Shown piece after piece: positions 24,753 to 39,360 of a DNA stretch of 64,000 nucleotides. Source of the DNA: Eledone cirrhosa (lineage: Eukaryota). Position 1 is the stretch's first letter; each line of letters starts with the position of its first letter. The stretch lies in the NCBI GenBank assembly GCA_964016885.1, contig OZ024742.1, forward strand, positions 353,090,001 to 353,154,000. The letters run 5' to 3'. Position numbers and translations under genes: made by a program. The notes beneath the pieces were generated by a model. The model was not told the origin of the DNA. It ran no database searches and worked only from the letters and a program-made list of their open reading frames with translations.

Positions 24753-27700
24753 ACATGAATTGTCTTCAAATTCTTGATATGAGGGAGAAACTTAGCAAAT
24801 TCTCAGGCTGATAGCCCCTTCGAAGTCGGACATAGGAATCGTGAGAATCCCCTCTCTAGTTAGGAGATCGAAGATTAAATTGTGGTCAGGAACTAGTGAG
24901 GGAATTAACTGGTTTCAGAATACGCAGAATAAGAATAGCACTAGTTTATACAGTTCGATATCTCTAATTACAACTCTTCGATCTCTCCAACTCTTCTAGG
25001 TAGGGCCCTAAACTTTGTTAGCTTACACACCGACCTTACTTCTGAAGAAATTAAAATTATTCTCCTAGTTAGTAAAACCTTAATTGAGTTCAACGGTGAC
25101 TTGTGGACCAGGGAGGATGGCCGGCAATTTCAACATCACCATGGGATCCAGGGACTCGGCCTAGGTGACGGAACTGGTGGGCCTTTACTTCCTCGACTGT
25201 CTCGGAGTGGAAATGCACCACTTGGGAGGCGGCGCTTACCGTGACAACGTTTTGTTTACTGTGTCATTCCATAATAATAGGATGGTAGAGAGGGTGAGGA
25301 AAAAACTAAGCAAATCCTTGAAGAACATAGACCTAAGCATAGTATTTGAAGAGAACTTAAAGATAGTTAATTTTCTAGATGTTACACTTAACCTCAATTC
25401 AGCCCTATTCCAACCCTACCACATAACCAACGAGAATTTAAACTATGTCTACGCAAAATCGAACCACCCTAGAATAGTCACTAACGGTATTACAAAAAGC
25501 GTCTCTAGTGGAATTTCAGGACTATCTTCCAAATGAAGGTACCTTTAATAGGATCTGGAATTACTATAATAGCGCCCTGAAATGCGCGGGGCATAGCGAG
25601 GGAATCTCATTCAAACGTCCAGTAAATAATAGTAGCAACATTGCCTGCGATAGCTTAGACCAAAATAGTGACACTTTAGTTAACAGCAGGCGGGATACGA
25701 GGGAGGATCAATATAGACTTCATATTGTATTGCCTCCTAGTCCCAATGTTGATGGTACCAATGGAAACAACCACCCAGTTACTAACACGGGGTATGAGCA
25801 CCGTAATACAAGCGGAAACTCTATTTGTAAGCTTAATTGTAGAACTGATAAAACAACCTTTGAACGTAAAATGGAACGAGGTTCGAGTAAAGGGAATAGG
25901 AATAGGTGTAGCAGACGCATATTGGATATAACCCCGGCTATTGAGGGTAATCCCAATGGTTGCACGGGGGGTACACCGCCCCGGAGACTTGGGATGATTC
26001 CGCACACAATCGGGACACCCCAGGACCCCATCGACCCACAAGCAGTTTTCAGTTATAATAGACCAGTAGCTACTAAGGAGACAGGTTACTCTAATATATT
26101 TGGTAAGAACAAGAGGCATCGGACCAGAAAAATCCTGTGGTATAAGCCTCCTTTCTCCACTAGCCTGACCACTAGTATAGCTAAGCTTTTCTTTAGAGCC
26201 TTAGACAAATGCTTCCCTAGATCACACAGATACTATAAAATATTAAATAGGAATACCATCACGCTGTCCTACTCCACAACCAGTAACAGCTCAGAATATA
26301 GATAAGATGAATTATAGTAGACTTAGGACAGCCCAGGGGAGGACTATACATGGCAGAACTAATGGCAGCTCTATGGATGAACGGCCTCATACACGTGAGG
26401 CAAGTCGGGTCACCCCAACCCCTGGGAACTTACCCATAGAGCAGACAAGAACTGAGACCCGCCCTCAAAGGTACCGTGGTCCCTCTGGAACTAACCAGGT
26501 CAATAACAGAAAATGTAATTGCAGGAACACCACCGCTTGCCCCTTGGCTGGGAAATGCATCACCAAAAACATAGTCTACGACTGTAAGGTTTCTACTCTT
26601 GATAGAACCTCCAGGTATGTTAGGGCAACTGCAAATGAATTTAAGGATATATGGTATAATCACCGCTATACCTTTAATAGATTGGATAAAAAAATAACAC
26701 GGCACTTTCTGAATTAGTCTGGAAGCTTAAACAACAGAATATAGAGCACTCCTTATCCTGGTCCATAGTGTATTCAGTCCAGTCTTATAACGGAAGCACT
26801 GGCGTCTGTAATTTGTGCATAGCTGAAACCTTTAATATTATTAGAGGCGGCCCCCTATTAATTAATAGGAGAGCGGATTTTTTTAGCAACTGCCAACATA
26901 GTACCGCGAAAACCTTCCGCGGGATTTTTGGAAAGTAACCCACCACTAACTCCTCACTCTCTACTTTAGTCATTGAGTTCTCTCAATAAACAGACAATCA
27001 CACACTCAGGTAGTTAGATGGCTAAGATCGTTTGCGCACTTACAAACGGTACTCGGCCTGTTTCCACAGAATTCTCACAGCTGTGTGCACTTTAGAATAC
27101 CTAGTTCGTAAATAGTTAGAATGATTACACACTCACAATACCTAGTTAGTAAATGATTACACACTCAGGCAACACTGATTACGCGCATTTACATTTACCT
27201 CAAGATACCCTAAGCATTCAGTTCTCCCGGCTGGGATATAGCTAGACGTATTGCACACTCAGTTAAGACCGTTTACGCTTTCTATACATAACTCTACACA
27301 CAGTACACGTTTTCTTTAGACATTTAGTTCCCACAGTTACGACTGGTCACGTTCTTACCGATTGAACACTACACTAGGTTTTGATCATCTAACCATGGAG
27401 TGCTCACAGTTACGGATTGAACAAAAATACTTACACACCATTAATGGGCCTACACACATCCTCTAGGTTTTGCTATCCTTTGTTATTTTACTTTATTTTT
27501 GTGTTGGATAACACATCTCCACCACTCAAACACCTATCTTAAAAACCCAAGGGCCCATATGACGTGAAATCGCACTTCTGACACCTTAACCCAAATACCC
27601 AACCCTATACGGAACCCCTTGCTGGCCTACATAGCGGTTGCTTGCACGCACAGATTTGGGGACTCGGATTGTCAATGGGACAGCGGTACATAGTGAGTTC

Positions 27701-28410
27701 GATATGAACTGATTGCTTGCTCTTCACATGGATGTGTATATACCTAGACATACCCTTTTGTGACGATACGGATGTGTATATACCATAACATACACTATTT
27801 GGAGATACGGATGTTACAATTCTATCTATACACGTATAGCAGAACACTGAATTGAACGTACTTGCTTGTGTGTTTATGTGTGTGTGTATGGGGCTGTGGT
27901 TGACCCAATATTTCCAATGTGCATCGTCAAATTGTGATTTAACCAATGTAGCATTTGTTGTTTTGTAAACTAACTCTCGGTAAATGCTATGTTGGTATAT
28001 TCTTATATGTATTGTTCTTTCTTTCACATGGCTTCGGTGTGTGTGAGAGTGTGTGTGTACCCACTCACACTAATTGTGACCGTCTATAGTTCTACAGATT
28101 TGACACTGTGTTGATGTGTGTATATATATTTATATATCTTTTCTTTGACTTCGAGTCGGTGTGTGTGGGTGTAGAGTGTGCGTGAACCCACTAACATTAA
28201 CTGTGACCGACTGTATTTCTAGAGATTTGATTGATGTTCAGCGTCTTTTGCAGCTACTGATATATAGAAATATGAAAGTTGTATGACCTTAATTGAAGTT
28301 GATAGCAGTCGCCGCATTTTGACTCTAGATCGTCCTATGAGGGAATAAACTTTGTGAGTGAACATTGCTAATTTTCTCCTTCATATCAAGAATTTGAAGA
28401 CATTTCATTT

Positions 28411-28465
28411 TCACCTCATGAGATCAGTGATAATTGATAATCGCTTATTGAAAGATGTGTTGTGA
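28411..28465 (+). ncRNA. Hammerhead ribozyme (family E, 3' pLTR; G5 mutated)
   Basis: tcac-CTCATGA-gatcagtgat/atcgcttatt-GAAA-gatgtg-TT-gtga. Confidence 0.65.
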
Positions 28466-28524
28466 TTAAAATGATTGGAAATGTTACCATGTCTTCGGAT
28501 TTCCATTTATATATATATATATAT

Positions 28525-28683
28525 TCTAAGGCGGGTAAAATTCCCGAGATCCATGGACGAGTTCTCTCCAGCGGTCTCTATCCCTCATTATCGCTGCCAT
28601 GTCCTGCGTCTCCAACAGACCAGTGTCTGTCCTTAGGGCATCAACATACGTTAACCTTGGTCTTCCTCTTCTAGTGTGGCCAT
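28525..28683 (-). mobile_element. RTE-type LINE 3' end
   Basis: HGHTRRGRPRLTYVDALRTDTGL..RDRWRELV; homologous to 2967-3125. Confidence 0.8.
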
Positions 28684-29158
28684 GTATATATGTATATAAA
28701 ATGGTAGATGTCTGTCTGTGTGTGTGTTTATGATTGTTATGCATTTCCACATTTCTCCCCCGATTTTAATGATTTTTTTTCCAATGTGCTCCAAATTTAC
28801 CAACGATGGTCAACGCATAATAAACTTTGCCAATAATGTCCTGCTTCTATGAAAAACATCAATAAAACTGAATACATTCTGTAACCCTATCTCTTACACG
28901 CTTAATTCCTCTCACTTCTACCCTAACAAGCTATGACACTACATACATGTTGCAACTCTCTCTCTCTATATATATATCACACACACACATATACCTATAC
29001 AGCTAAGGAGAAAAAGGAAGATGTAGAGAGAGATAATGAGATATGTCGTTATACAGGGAGAGGTAGAAGATAATCAGATATATAGATATATAGAGAGAGA
29101 GATAGAGAATGGCAACGAATGCTGGTTCACACACACATACACAAACACATATATATAT

Positions 29159-29216
<58 letters not shown>

Positions 29217-29339
29217 TCTACGCGTTCTTTATTGTTCTCCATTCTGTAGAGGAAGAGGAGGAGAGAGGGTATGAGTGAGACATAGAGAGAAATACTGAGA
29301 GAGTATATGCAAAAAAAGGGAGAGGGGTTGACAAAGAAA

Positions 29340-29660
29340 GAAAGTTTAAGCAAAGAATCGCTGCTTTCGACATTAACGGTATCTTCTTAAACTAAAAAAT
29401 TCAATCTGTGAACGCAGAATTAAATATTTCGAAAAACGTTGCAACCGAAGGAAAAAAGGAAGACGATATTTTGGTTCGTGAAGACGTTCCGTGGTAATGC
29501 ACGGAAAAAGGCGAGGATAATACGTCGTTATGTGGACCGAGAAGAACAATTTCATGCAAAGACGAGACCAAGATAATGGAATGAACTGAGTCGCTAGACT
29601 AATATTCTATTTAAAATACCCGAATGATTTCCAGCCCCGGAGATTAAGAATGAAATTAAT
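29340..29660 (-). mobile_element. Diverged family B pLTR fragment with decayed HHR (29343-29393)
   Basis: Aligns with 48170-48610. Confidence 0.8.
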
Positions 29661-29695
29661 AAAATTGTAAAGGAAAATGACAGTGGTTATTAATA

Positions 29696-29803
29696 TAGTT
29701 GTTTCTACTTTCGGCACAAGGCCAGCAATTATCCAGTACATTACTGGTACTTTATTTTATCAACCCCGTAAGGATGAAAGTCAAAGTTAACCACGACGGA
29801 ATT
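29696..29803 (-). mobile_element. SINE, 5'-truncated
   Basis: 3' half of the SINE consensus. Confidence 0.85.
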
Positions 29804-30258
29804 TAAATTTGTTTTAAAATGGTAAAAGTAAATAGTGAAGATTTAGACCAGTACATACGTATGCGACGGCGGACATACACATACATAAAATTACGCACAC
29901 ACAAATATATACACGCGAGCGTATGTGTGTATATTTTATGCATTTCTACAGTATTTTCACCAAACTTAAGACATAGGTTACTTATGCACTCCGGATTGTC
30001 AATGGCACTTTCATTATTCCAGATATTGATTATAGGGCTCCCCGGCAGATAACCCCCTTTAACCACTTCCATGGAGTCGACTGAAGCACTGCAGTGCTAT
30101 GAAACAGAACGTGATAACCTCTGGAGTTCGCAACCGATTTTCACAAAACTTGACATATGGACTAGGTTTCTTCTACAGATGAATGTGAAAGGAACTTAAC
30201 ATTGTAATTTTAACACAGCTACTGAGCAGCCTCGAAGCGACGCAGGGCTTTACTGCTA

Positions 30259-30291
<33 letters not shown>

Positions 30292-30296
<5 letters not shown>

Positions 30297-30466
30297 ATAA
30301 TAATACATTTGAAGACTAAAATCCATAGAGGGCTCGTTAAGGATAAATATGTATAAAATATATAAGAACTGTAGAGCAAATATTTATTATAATAACAGAT
30401 TAAAGTTTAAGCAAATAATCGCTGCTTTCACCCTTAACGGGATCTTCAGAATCTGTTATTTTAATA
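30292..30466 (-). mobile_element. Family B pLTR end with short inverted tail
   Basis: Matches the reverse complement of 52090-52246. aatctgttattttaata (30450-30466) folds back on 30386-30401. Confidence 0.8.
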
Positions 30467-30467
30467 G

Positions 30468-30513
<46 letters not shown>

Positions 30514-30689
30514 ACAGTTCAAGAGTAACCAATCTTAAAGAGAGAGATGGAGATAGAAGAGGGGATATGAGAGGAGAGATTGGTGAATTAGTTAGAAGCC
30601 AAAGCGTAAATGCATGTGCTCAATGTGCAATATGCAATAGAAAGCAGCTAGGTGGCTGGGTTCATGCAGAAGTTAGGTGCGCCGAGCTG

Positions 30690-31288
30690 GAAATATTCAT
30701 TAGTTAAGCAAAACAAGACCACAAACTTCACAAGGAAGACATTATTAAAAGATTGTCAACATATTTTAGTTTGATGTAAGGAATGTAGAGAATAATAATA
30801 ATAATATTAATAATAATAATGTCCGTTTACAATTGTTTCGCTACTCGATATGATATTTCTGGATCAGATGACTATATATCATAATTGATCTGGTTCAGTT
30901 GAAAATAATAAACATATTTAAAAAACAGAGCGCCTCATCGGAACTTCAAAGGAATATAAATTAAAATAATGAGAGAATATTACATAATATAATGTTCCAG
31001 ATATTGATTTTTCAATATGGTTTCTTGGTTGCACCAGTTGTCAGCCATAATGAAGCAGCAATCATCTGTCGAGGCTGCATTGTGTGAGATCTCAGATCAA
31101 TTATGATATATAGTCATCTGATCCAGAAATATTATATGGAGTAGCGAAACAATTGTAAACGGACATTATTATTATTAATATTATTATTATTCTTTACATT
31201 CCTTACATCAAACTAAAATATGTTGACAATCTTTTAATAATGTCTTCCTTGTGAAATGTGTGTTCTTGTTTTACTTAACAAATGAATA
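30690..31288. mobile_element. Non-coding fold-back element with HHR-like motif (30825-30944, minus)
   Basis: 30692-30892 is inverted at 31094-31288. Motif gtt-CCGATGA-g...agc-GAAA-CAATTG-TA-aac. Confidence 0.7.
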
Positions 31289-32746
31289 TATATATATATA
31301 TATATAAATAAATAAGAAAGTAAATCAAGAAAGTTATGGCAGCAGAATCAATTATTTCTCGACCAATATGCTGCAAATCACGGTAAATACTCTGGAATTC
31401 TGAGAAAAACAATTAAAAGTGGACAATCTCACCAACAGAACATAAGCCAGAACACGTGGCAACACAAACTCTCACCTTACCTTGAATCAAAGAAGTACTA
31501 CGGCAAGAATTCTTCGCTTTTTCTACAAAAAGCACCCTAACGCACACAACATCAACAAAAAGCACAAACACGATAGATATTCCTTTGACCAGACCATGGG
31601 AAGTAGAAAAACCAGGAGATCATTCTCAAGATCTCAACAGAGAGTACCCACAAGCAAAGGGGAAAATAACCGTAGAATAACCAGATCACCCTCAAGATCT
31701 CAACAGAGATTACCCACAAGAAATTGGGCGAAAAAACGATCTAAACCTGAAAACAAACCTAGGTCATTTACCCAGATTGTTAACAATAATGCTAACAAGA
31801 AATGGAAAAATAATATAATAATACCAAAAATAGGACAAAAAAGATAACAAAACCAAATATAATATCAGGACCAAAAGTTCATCAAGCAAACACCAACAGG
31901 CATATAAATCCTGAAGAGAGAAAAATCCATTATTTTACGTCAGGACAACAAAATACTGGAACAAAAAAAGTCCAGGAGGAAACATATCCAAAACAACTGT
32001 ACACGAAGATCCTAATATAATTAATTTATTCAAAAGAGATCTTGACAATGAGGAAATGCAAATTCTATCAAAAAGGACTGAAATCCCCCACCCCACCCCC
32101 CAACTCCAACAGTCAACCACCAAGAACTGAAGGAAGTTACCCAAGAATTCTGTCGAAAATTACGACTTGTAAAACTCTTCACTGATAAAAGTATTGAGAG
32201 TGATGAATCACTAGTAAAGAATAAATCAAATTTCCTTCCGCCAAAAGGAAGACATATCTATCTCGACCAATACATTGACATCCTGTCTAAATTTCCTCTC
32301 ATACGTAATACGTAATTTCCTCTCATACGTAATTCGTTAGGCGAAACTTTAACAAATTAGAAATGTCTGCACTTAAACGAATTCAAAATGATAAAACAAT
32401 ACTAATTAAACAAGCATATAAAGAGGCTGCAGTTGTTATAATGGACGCTGAATACTACAAATATTTGGTTGAGGAACAACTGAGACACAACATGAAATAC
32501 CGTCAAATATAGCCCACAACAGCATGAATAAGATCAACAACACATCACCAATTTTGAGCCAAAACCCAGCAACCTGTATGGCCTACTGAAAGTTCATATG
32601 TCAAAAGAAATCCAACTGGCAGTAAAAGAACAAAACAGTGAGTACATTAAAGTAATACACCCAAAAGACTAAAGCTAAGACCTATTATAGTTGGTCCAAC
32701 ATGCCCTACCCTCCGTCAAAGCAATTTTGTTGACATTATTTTGAAA

Positions 32747-32930
32747 GGGCGGTGAATTGGCAGTATCGGTAGAGGGTTGGACGCCATGCTTTCTAGCATA
32801 GTTACGTCCCTTTACAGTCTGAGTTCAAATCCCGCCGAGGTTAACTTTGCCTTTCATCCTTACGGGGTCGATAAAATAAAGTACCAGTGATGTACTGGAT
32901 AATTGCTGGCCTTGTGCCAAAGTAGAAACA
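32747..32930 (+). mobile_element. Full-length SINE inserted in the Neptune RT, 12-bp TSD
   Basis: attattttgaaa at 32735-32746 and 32931-32942. A box tggcagtatcgg; B box gagttcaaatcc. Confidence 0.95.
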
Positions 32931-34780
32931 ATTATTTTGAAACCATTATGTATTCACATATCCATTTTCATCCGGGATGATATTGACTTTCTGTCCCATC
33001 TTCCAAAAACCACGAAAACAATTTCATTTCTACTTAGTTTTGATGTGGTAAGCCTTTACACCAACATCACACATGATTTAGGAATAAAGGCGGTTAAATA
33101 ATGGGTGGAAAAACATAGAGCTGTGATTCCCACCAGATTCACAGCGCCAGTTATATTAGACGCAGTTAAACTTATTCTGGAAAACAACACTTTCTTCTTC
33201 AATGGAAAGAATTACATCCAAATTAGAGGCACAGCGATGGGAACGAAGCTTACTCCCGTTTACGCGAACTCTGTAATGGGATACTTAGAACAACAACTCT
33301 ACCAAGACATAGAGGAAAATATAGCACTGAATTTAGAAAGTACATTGACAATTTTGGAGGAGATACCTTGACGACTGTTTCATCATCTGGGCATAATCTC
33401 TGGATACTCTGGATGAGTTCAATATCCTCCTATATAACCTACACCCATCTCTCCAATTCACAAAAGAGATGAGTAGTGCCAAATTACAATTCCTAGATAT
33501 AATGGTAATCAAAAACGACACCACCATTACCAGGGATATATATTATAAACACAGAGGCGCCCATCAATATCTGAATTTTAAGTCGTGCCATCCACCTCAT
33601 ACAAAACGCAACATCAAATACTGCCTAGTCAGAAGAATTTGTACCATTGTTGAAGATACGAATACCAGGAACAAACGTCTAACAGAACTGAGAGAATGTT
33701 TGCTGAAACAAAAATACCCATCACTACTTATAGAAAATAGCATACAGCGAGCTATAAAAATACATGTACAACTTCAGACAACCCAAGGAAGAAGAAACCA
33801 AGAACTGGTCATACCATGTATAATGACACACAACCCATGTCACCAGAATATATTCAACGCTGCCAAAGCGAACCTACCGATCATTGCACAAAGTAATGAA
33901 TTAAAAGGCTTAATCAAGATCGATCTTTGACTCTTAGTAAAAGACAATCGAAACATCTGAAGCAATTACTAACAAAAGCAAAGTTTGACCTTAACAACAA
34001 AGACCAATCATTCACCTATCTAAATGCAATGATAGTCGATGTGGCACATGTCAATCCATACACACCGGTCAATATATGAACACAAAACTGGAAAAATATT
34101 CCCAAATGTAAATATGAACTGCAAAAGTAGAAATCTAATTTACTGCATTAAATGCCCAAATTGTGAAGAACTATATGTCGGTCAAACTGGAAATGCACTA
34201 TCGGAACGGGCATGGATGCACCGAGAGCAAATCAGAGACCGAAATGTCCTTCAGTTACCACTGAGTAACCTTCTAGCAACATTTGGTCAGAAAATATTTA
34301 TAATATTTCCATTCTACAAAGTACACAGTCCAAGTGAAATCAAGAGAAAAATCAAAGAAAATACTGTTATAGATAAATTCCAACCAAAGCTAAATGAACA
34401 ATAATAATCAGGTATTACTCCTACTAGGACTATGACTACGACCATGTCGACTACCAGCACTAACAACAACAACGACAATAATAATAATAAAAGTGATTTG
34501 ATGGTGAGGATTACTAGAAAATGCTATTTTCATCATTTCTAAAAATAGCAAAACAATTGATCCTTTTGATAGGGTCAAATAGAAGTGGTTTGACATGCTC
34601 AACCAACCGTGACGCCTAAATTAATCAGCTTTAGTAATCCATTCAAATTACACACGAATTGGTCGAAATACAGTTTGCAATATTTAGCATTCTGTAGCCG
34701 CTTTTCACTGTGTAAAAGGCACACAATTTACCCATCTCATTACAGTTGAAAATTGCAAACTTGACTGTCACAACAAAATA

Positions 34781-34819
34781 TGAACCTGAAGATTGCGAAA
34801 GCATGACATTATTTGTTCA
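34781..34819 (+). ncRNA. Minimal hammerhead ribozyme (family D; A14 mutated to C)
   Basis: tgaac-CTGAAGA-tTGC gaaa GCAt-GACA-ttat-TT-gttca. Confidence 0.7.
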
Positions 34820-35117
34820 ATTAAAACGTAACATTTAATATTCTACCACACTATTTCATTCTAATACCATTATAAATTTTAAAGGATTGTAAATAAAACG
34901 AGTAAATCAGACGAAGTTGGAATTTCTTTTATTAATATATATATATATACACACACAATACAAAGAAATACACAAACACACGCGAATACATACATATACA
35001 TGCATATAACCACATATATCACTGAATTTGTGTGGTGCCAAACTTAACCGTTTTTCGCTCCGAATTTCGGGATTCTAGCTCGCGTCCTACGGACGTGTTT
35101 TGAAGTTCTGAATAACG

Positions 35118-35213
35118 TATCCTCTTGATAAGTCGGCAAACCTCACGAAAATACTGCATCTCTATGATGTAATGTTTTTGCATAATAGCCACGAAACTAC
35201 GTAGTCGTGGATA
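35118..35213 (+). ncRNA. Hammerhead ribozyme, U3:A8 variant
   Basis: tatcctc-TTGATAA-gtcggc...gccac-GAAA-CTACGTAG-TC-gtggata. GUC cleavage triplet; palindromic stem III. Confidence 0.8.
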
Positions 35214-35707
35214 ATGAAGGAATTTAGGTATATTATATATTTTTTTATTTATATCTAATGCTTCTTCTTTCTTTATAATGTATTATATAGTTCTGATATT
35301 GAATCAATCTAATCCATTCAGATTATTTTGTCCCTATTATTCATAGAGCAACAACGGTAAGGTTGGCACCACATACATTCAGGGATATATGTGGATATAT
35401 ACATGTATATGTATGTATTCGCATGTGTCTGTGTATTTCGTTGTATTGTTTATAACTCCCTACGGTAGAGTAACCACTGAAGTATAGTGACGGCTGTTAA
35501 GCTTACACTAATCACACTTCTCGCCCTCCAAGCCAACTCTACTACGGCATTAACATAAATACCCCCTCGGCCTTTTGTGGTATTTTTTCTTGGTTGTAAG
35601 AGGCTTAGCTCTGTTTCTTGACCGCTGTATCAGGTGATAAGTTCCCCCTCCGCCTTTCGGGATTCCATCTCGCATCCCACGGACGTGTTTTGAAACTCAA
35701 AATGAGG

Positions 35708-35803
35708 TATCCTCTTGATAAGTCGGCAAACCTCACAAAAATACTGCATCTCTATGATGTAATGTTTTTGAATAATAGCCACGAAATTACGTAGTGGCAG
35801 ATA
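35708..35803 (+). ncRNA. Hammerhead ribozyme, second tandem copy (cleavage site mutated)
   Basis: Same core 590 bp downstream of the first copy. Confidence 0.7.
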
Positions 35804-35868
35804 ATTAAGGAATTGAGGTATATTATATATTTTTATTTATATCTAATGCTTCTTCTTTCTTTATAATG

Positions 35869-35996
<128 letters not shown>

Positions 35997-36093
35997 TGAG
36001 GTTGGTAATGGCACATGGAATATATAAGAGACAGAATACTTTTTTGTGAAAAAACATAATTTTATAAGGTAAGGAAATAATAAAGGGTATAAA

Positions 36094-36141
36094 AAAATGA
36101 CCGGTTTCGATGGGTCTGCAAAAGCCATCTTTTCAAATGTT
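36094..36141 (-). ncRNA. Hammerhead ribozyme, U3:A8 variant (family H)
   Basis: aacat-TTGAAAA-GATGG..CCATC-GAAA-CCGG-TC-atttt. Confidence 0.7.
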
Positions 36142-36663
36142 GATTAATATTAAGAAAAAATAATAATACGAAGAGTTAAAATTTGAGACTTGAAAATTCA
36201 AGTATAAAATTCATTGTGGGATTTCATAGCAATTTTCATCTAGGTAGCAACAACAGGTTGACTGCTGTGTCCCTTTCTGGTAGTGAATGAGAAGTTATTT
36301 GGGGTGTGTGTTATTTTATAAAGGTCAGATTTAGCAATCACCAACTGGCCAGCTGCTGGTCAGAGAGGGGGTGGAAGCAATATACATACACATATCTTCC
36401 TGTGGTGGGTAGGAGAGTGGAGCGTGATAGAAAGGGATTTAGTGCACTTACACCTATATATACACACATACCTTCATCCACACATACATACATATACATA
36501 TACATATACATATATATATACATATACACACATACATACACACACACATACATATACATATACATATACATATATATATATATATATATATACATATACA
36601 CACATACATACACACACACATACATATACATACACACATACACACGCACACATATATACACAT

Positions 36664-36722
<59 letters not shown>

Positions 36723-36777
36723 CATACACATACAGATACACACATGCATACACACACACACACACATATATATATAT

Positions 36778-36833
<56 letters not shown>

Positions 36834-38489
36834 CCACACATACATACACACACACACATATATATATATACATACACACATACAAACATAAACACACACA
36901 CACATATATATACACACATACACACACATATATATATACACACACACACACACACGCATATATATATATATACACATACGCATACATCCAGATACACACA
37001 TACATACACACACGCACACACAATACATACATCCACATGCACACACATACAGACACACACACATATACACATACATACACCCACACACAGAGAAATGGCC
37101 TCCAAATATATATATATATATACATACAGACACATATATTTTTTCCATAATATAAGAAGTTGGGACAGTGAAATTAAAATACAAGTCATTCTGATCACAT
37201 TGAGTTCTTCATGTAGATTGGGCGTATATATATAGATATATGTGTGTGCACGTGCAGGGTTTAACATGGATGTGTTGGTCACACAAAGGCATGGTCTGTC
37301 AATCAATATACCTGATTCTAGAGTATTGGTCTCTGGTCTTTGATAGTAGTGATTCCGTGCGTATGTGTGTTTATATTTTATGACAATTCTATTGGGGTAA
37401 TAACCCGTTTAGTTTTGGTTTAAATTTGTTAAGGAATAGATTTTCTTTGTTTATTCTTTGTTGCTGTGTGAACGAATCTGAGCACTTGTAGAAGGGGAAG
37501 ATTTTAAAGTTGGGCAGTGTCATTCCTGCGCAGTTCGCAATATGGCTGCTCAAGGGGATTTTTCTTGTGTTAGCGTCCCGGATTTGTTGGCGGTGGATGG
37601 TCATTATTTTGCGTAATGTGTTGCCCGTCTGTCCTATGTAGTTGTGTTTGCACCTACCGCAAGTTATTGCGTAAATCAAGTTCTCCGAGTTGCAGGTGAA
37701 ATTGTTTTTTACTGTAAATGTTTGGCCATCTTTGAATGTAAATGTTTGTCCTTCAGTGAGGTAGAGGCACGTTCCACAGTTTGTTCTACCACATTTGGTA
37801 ACTGTAGTATTGAGGATTGGTTTGGGTATATTTGGTCCAGTGAGAATGCGTTTAAGTGATTTGGGTTGTCTTTTACTTTAAAGGATTTTGTGTGTTTCAA
37901 GAATAGACTTCATTTTTACATCTTTAAGTAGGATGGGGAGGTTTTTGTGTAGGTGATCAAACATTTCGGTATTTCTGGGGTTGAAAGTGGATACATATGG
38001 CAGGGTGTTGAGTGTGGTTTTCTGTTTTGGATTGTTAAGTTGATGGGGACTTAAGTGTTTTGCCCTGTCTATTCCATTGTTGATTATTTCAAGTGGAAAG
38101 GCTCTTAAGATAAGGGTGTCTTTTAGTTCCTTTAGTCTTTGCTCCCGTTTAGGTGGATCTGATACTATGGTACATATACGTTTGGCCAAATTGTAAGGAA
38201 TGTTAAGTTTTGTATGTTTTGAGTGACTTGATGTGAAAAAGACGTATTGCTTGGAATCTGTGGGTTTATAGAATATATCTGTATCTAATTTCCCGTCTAT
38301 TACATGTATGTATGTGTGTATCTGGATGTATGCGTATGTGTATATATATATATATATATATATGCGTGTGTGTGTGTGTGTGTGTATATATATATGTGTG
38401 TGTATGTGTGTATATATATGTGTGTGTGTGTATGTTTGTATGTGTGTATGTATATATATATATGTGTGTGTGTGTGTATGTATTTGTGG

Positions 38490-38565
<76 letters not shown>

Positions 38566-38604
38566 ATGTATGTGTGTATCTGTATGTATGTGTATGTATA
38601 TATA

Positions 38605-38665
<61 letters not shown>

Positions 38666-39133
38666 GTGTATGTGTATATATGTGTGTGTGTGTATGTGTG
38701 TATGTATATGTATGTGTGTGTGTATGTATGTGTGTATATGTATATATATATATATATATATGTATATGTATATGTGTATGTATGTATGTATGTGTGGATG
38801 AAGGTATGTGTGTATATATAGGTGTAAGTGCACTAAATCCCTTTCTATCACGCTCCACTCTCCTACCCACCACAGGAAGATATGTGTATGTATATTGCTT
38901 CCACCCCCTCACTGACCAGCAGCTGGCCAGTTGGTGATTGCTAAATCTGACCTTTATAAAATAACCCACACCCCAAATAACTTCTCATTCATTACCAGAA
39001 AGGGACACAGCAGTCAACCTGTTGTTGCTACCTAGATGAAAACTGCTATGAAATCCCACAATGAATATTATACTTGAATGTTCAAGTCTCAAATTTTAAC
39101 TCTTCGTATTATTATTTTTTCTTAATATTAATC

Positions 39134-39182
39134 AACATTTTGAAAAGATGGCTTTTGCAGACCTATCGAAACCGGTCATTTT
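39134..39182 (+). ncRNA. Hammerhead ribozyme, U3:A8 variant (family H, inverted arm)
   Basis: TTGAAAA-gatgg..cctatc-GAAA-ccgg-TC. Confidence 0.65.
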
Positions 39183-39315
39183 TTATACCCTTTATTATTT
39201 CCTTACCTTATAAAATTATGTTTTTTCACAAAAAAGTATTCTGACTCTTATATATTCCATGTGCCATTACCAACCTCAATTTTCTCTATAACCATCGTTT
39301 TGTGTAGAAAATTAC

Positions 39316-39360
<45 letters not shown>

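Larger units (their letters stand above)
24685..28505 (+). mobile_element. Penelope-like element, family E (Hydra-type), 5'-truncated, with inverted 5' pLTR piece
   Basis: FIQFDISNYNSSI..MGSRDSA..GGGAYRDN..VNFLDVTLNL..SNHP; WYKPPFS; CNCRNTTACPLAGKC; IVYDC..YVRAT; CNLC. 24690-24795 is inverted relative to ~28368-28485. Confidence 0.9.
31310..34933 (+). mobile_element. Neptune-type Penelope-like element, family D, near full length but degenerate
   Basis: LRPIIVGP..IRDDIDFL..LLSFDVVSLYTNI..QIRGTAMGT..RYLDDCF..LQFLDIMV..SCHPPHTK; RCGTC..CKSRNLIYCIKCPNC..YVGQTG..FQPKLN. (TA)n on both flanks. Confidence 0.93.

Noticed and set aside
27000-27460. Short recurring cacactca/cctagtt motifs resembling a CRISPR-like array
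   Set aside because: Irregular spacing and degenerate units; this is low-complexity 3' UTR of family E in a eukaryote.
32747-32930. tRNA gene
   Set aside because: Only A and B boxes with no cloverleaf. It is multi-copy with a TSD, so it is a SINE.
36306-38969. Long ORFs (up to 363 aa) rich in YI/HT/CV
   Set aside because: These are translations of microsatellites. 37878-38969 is a chimera of the inverted pLTR and the RT tail.
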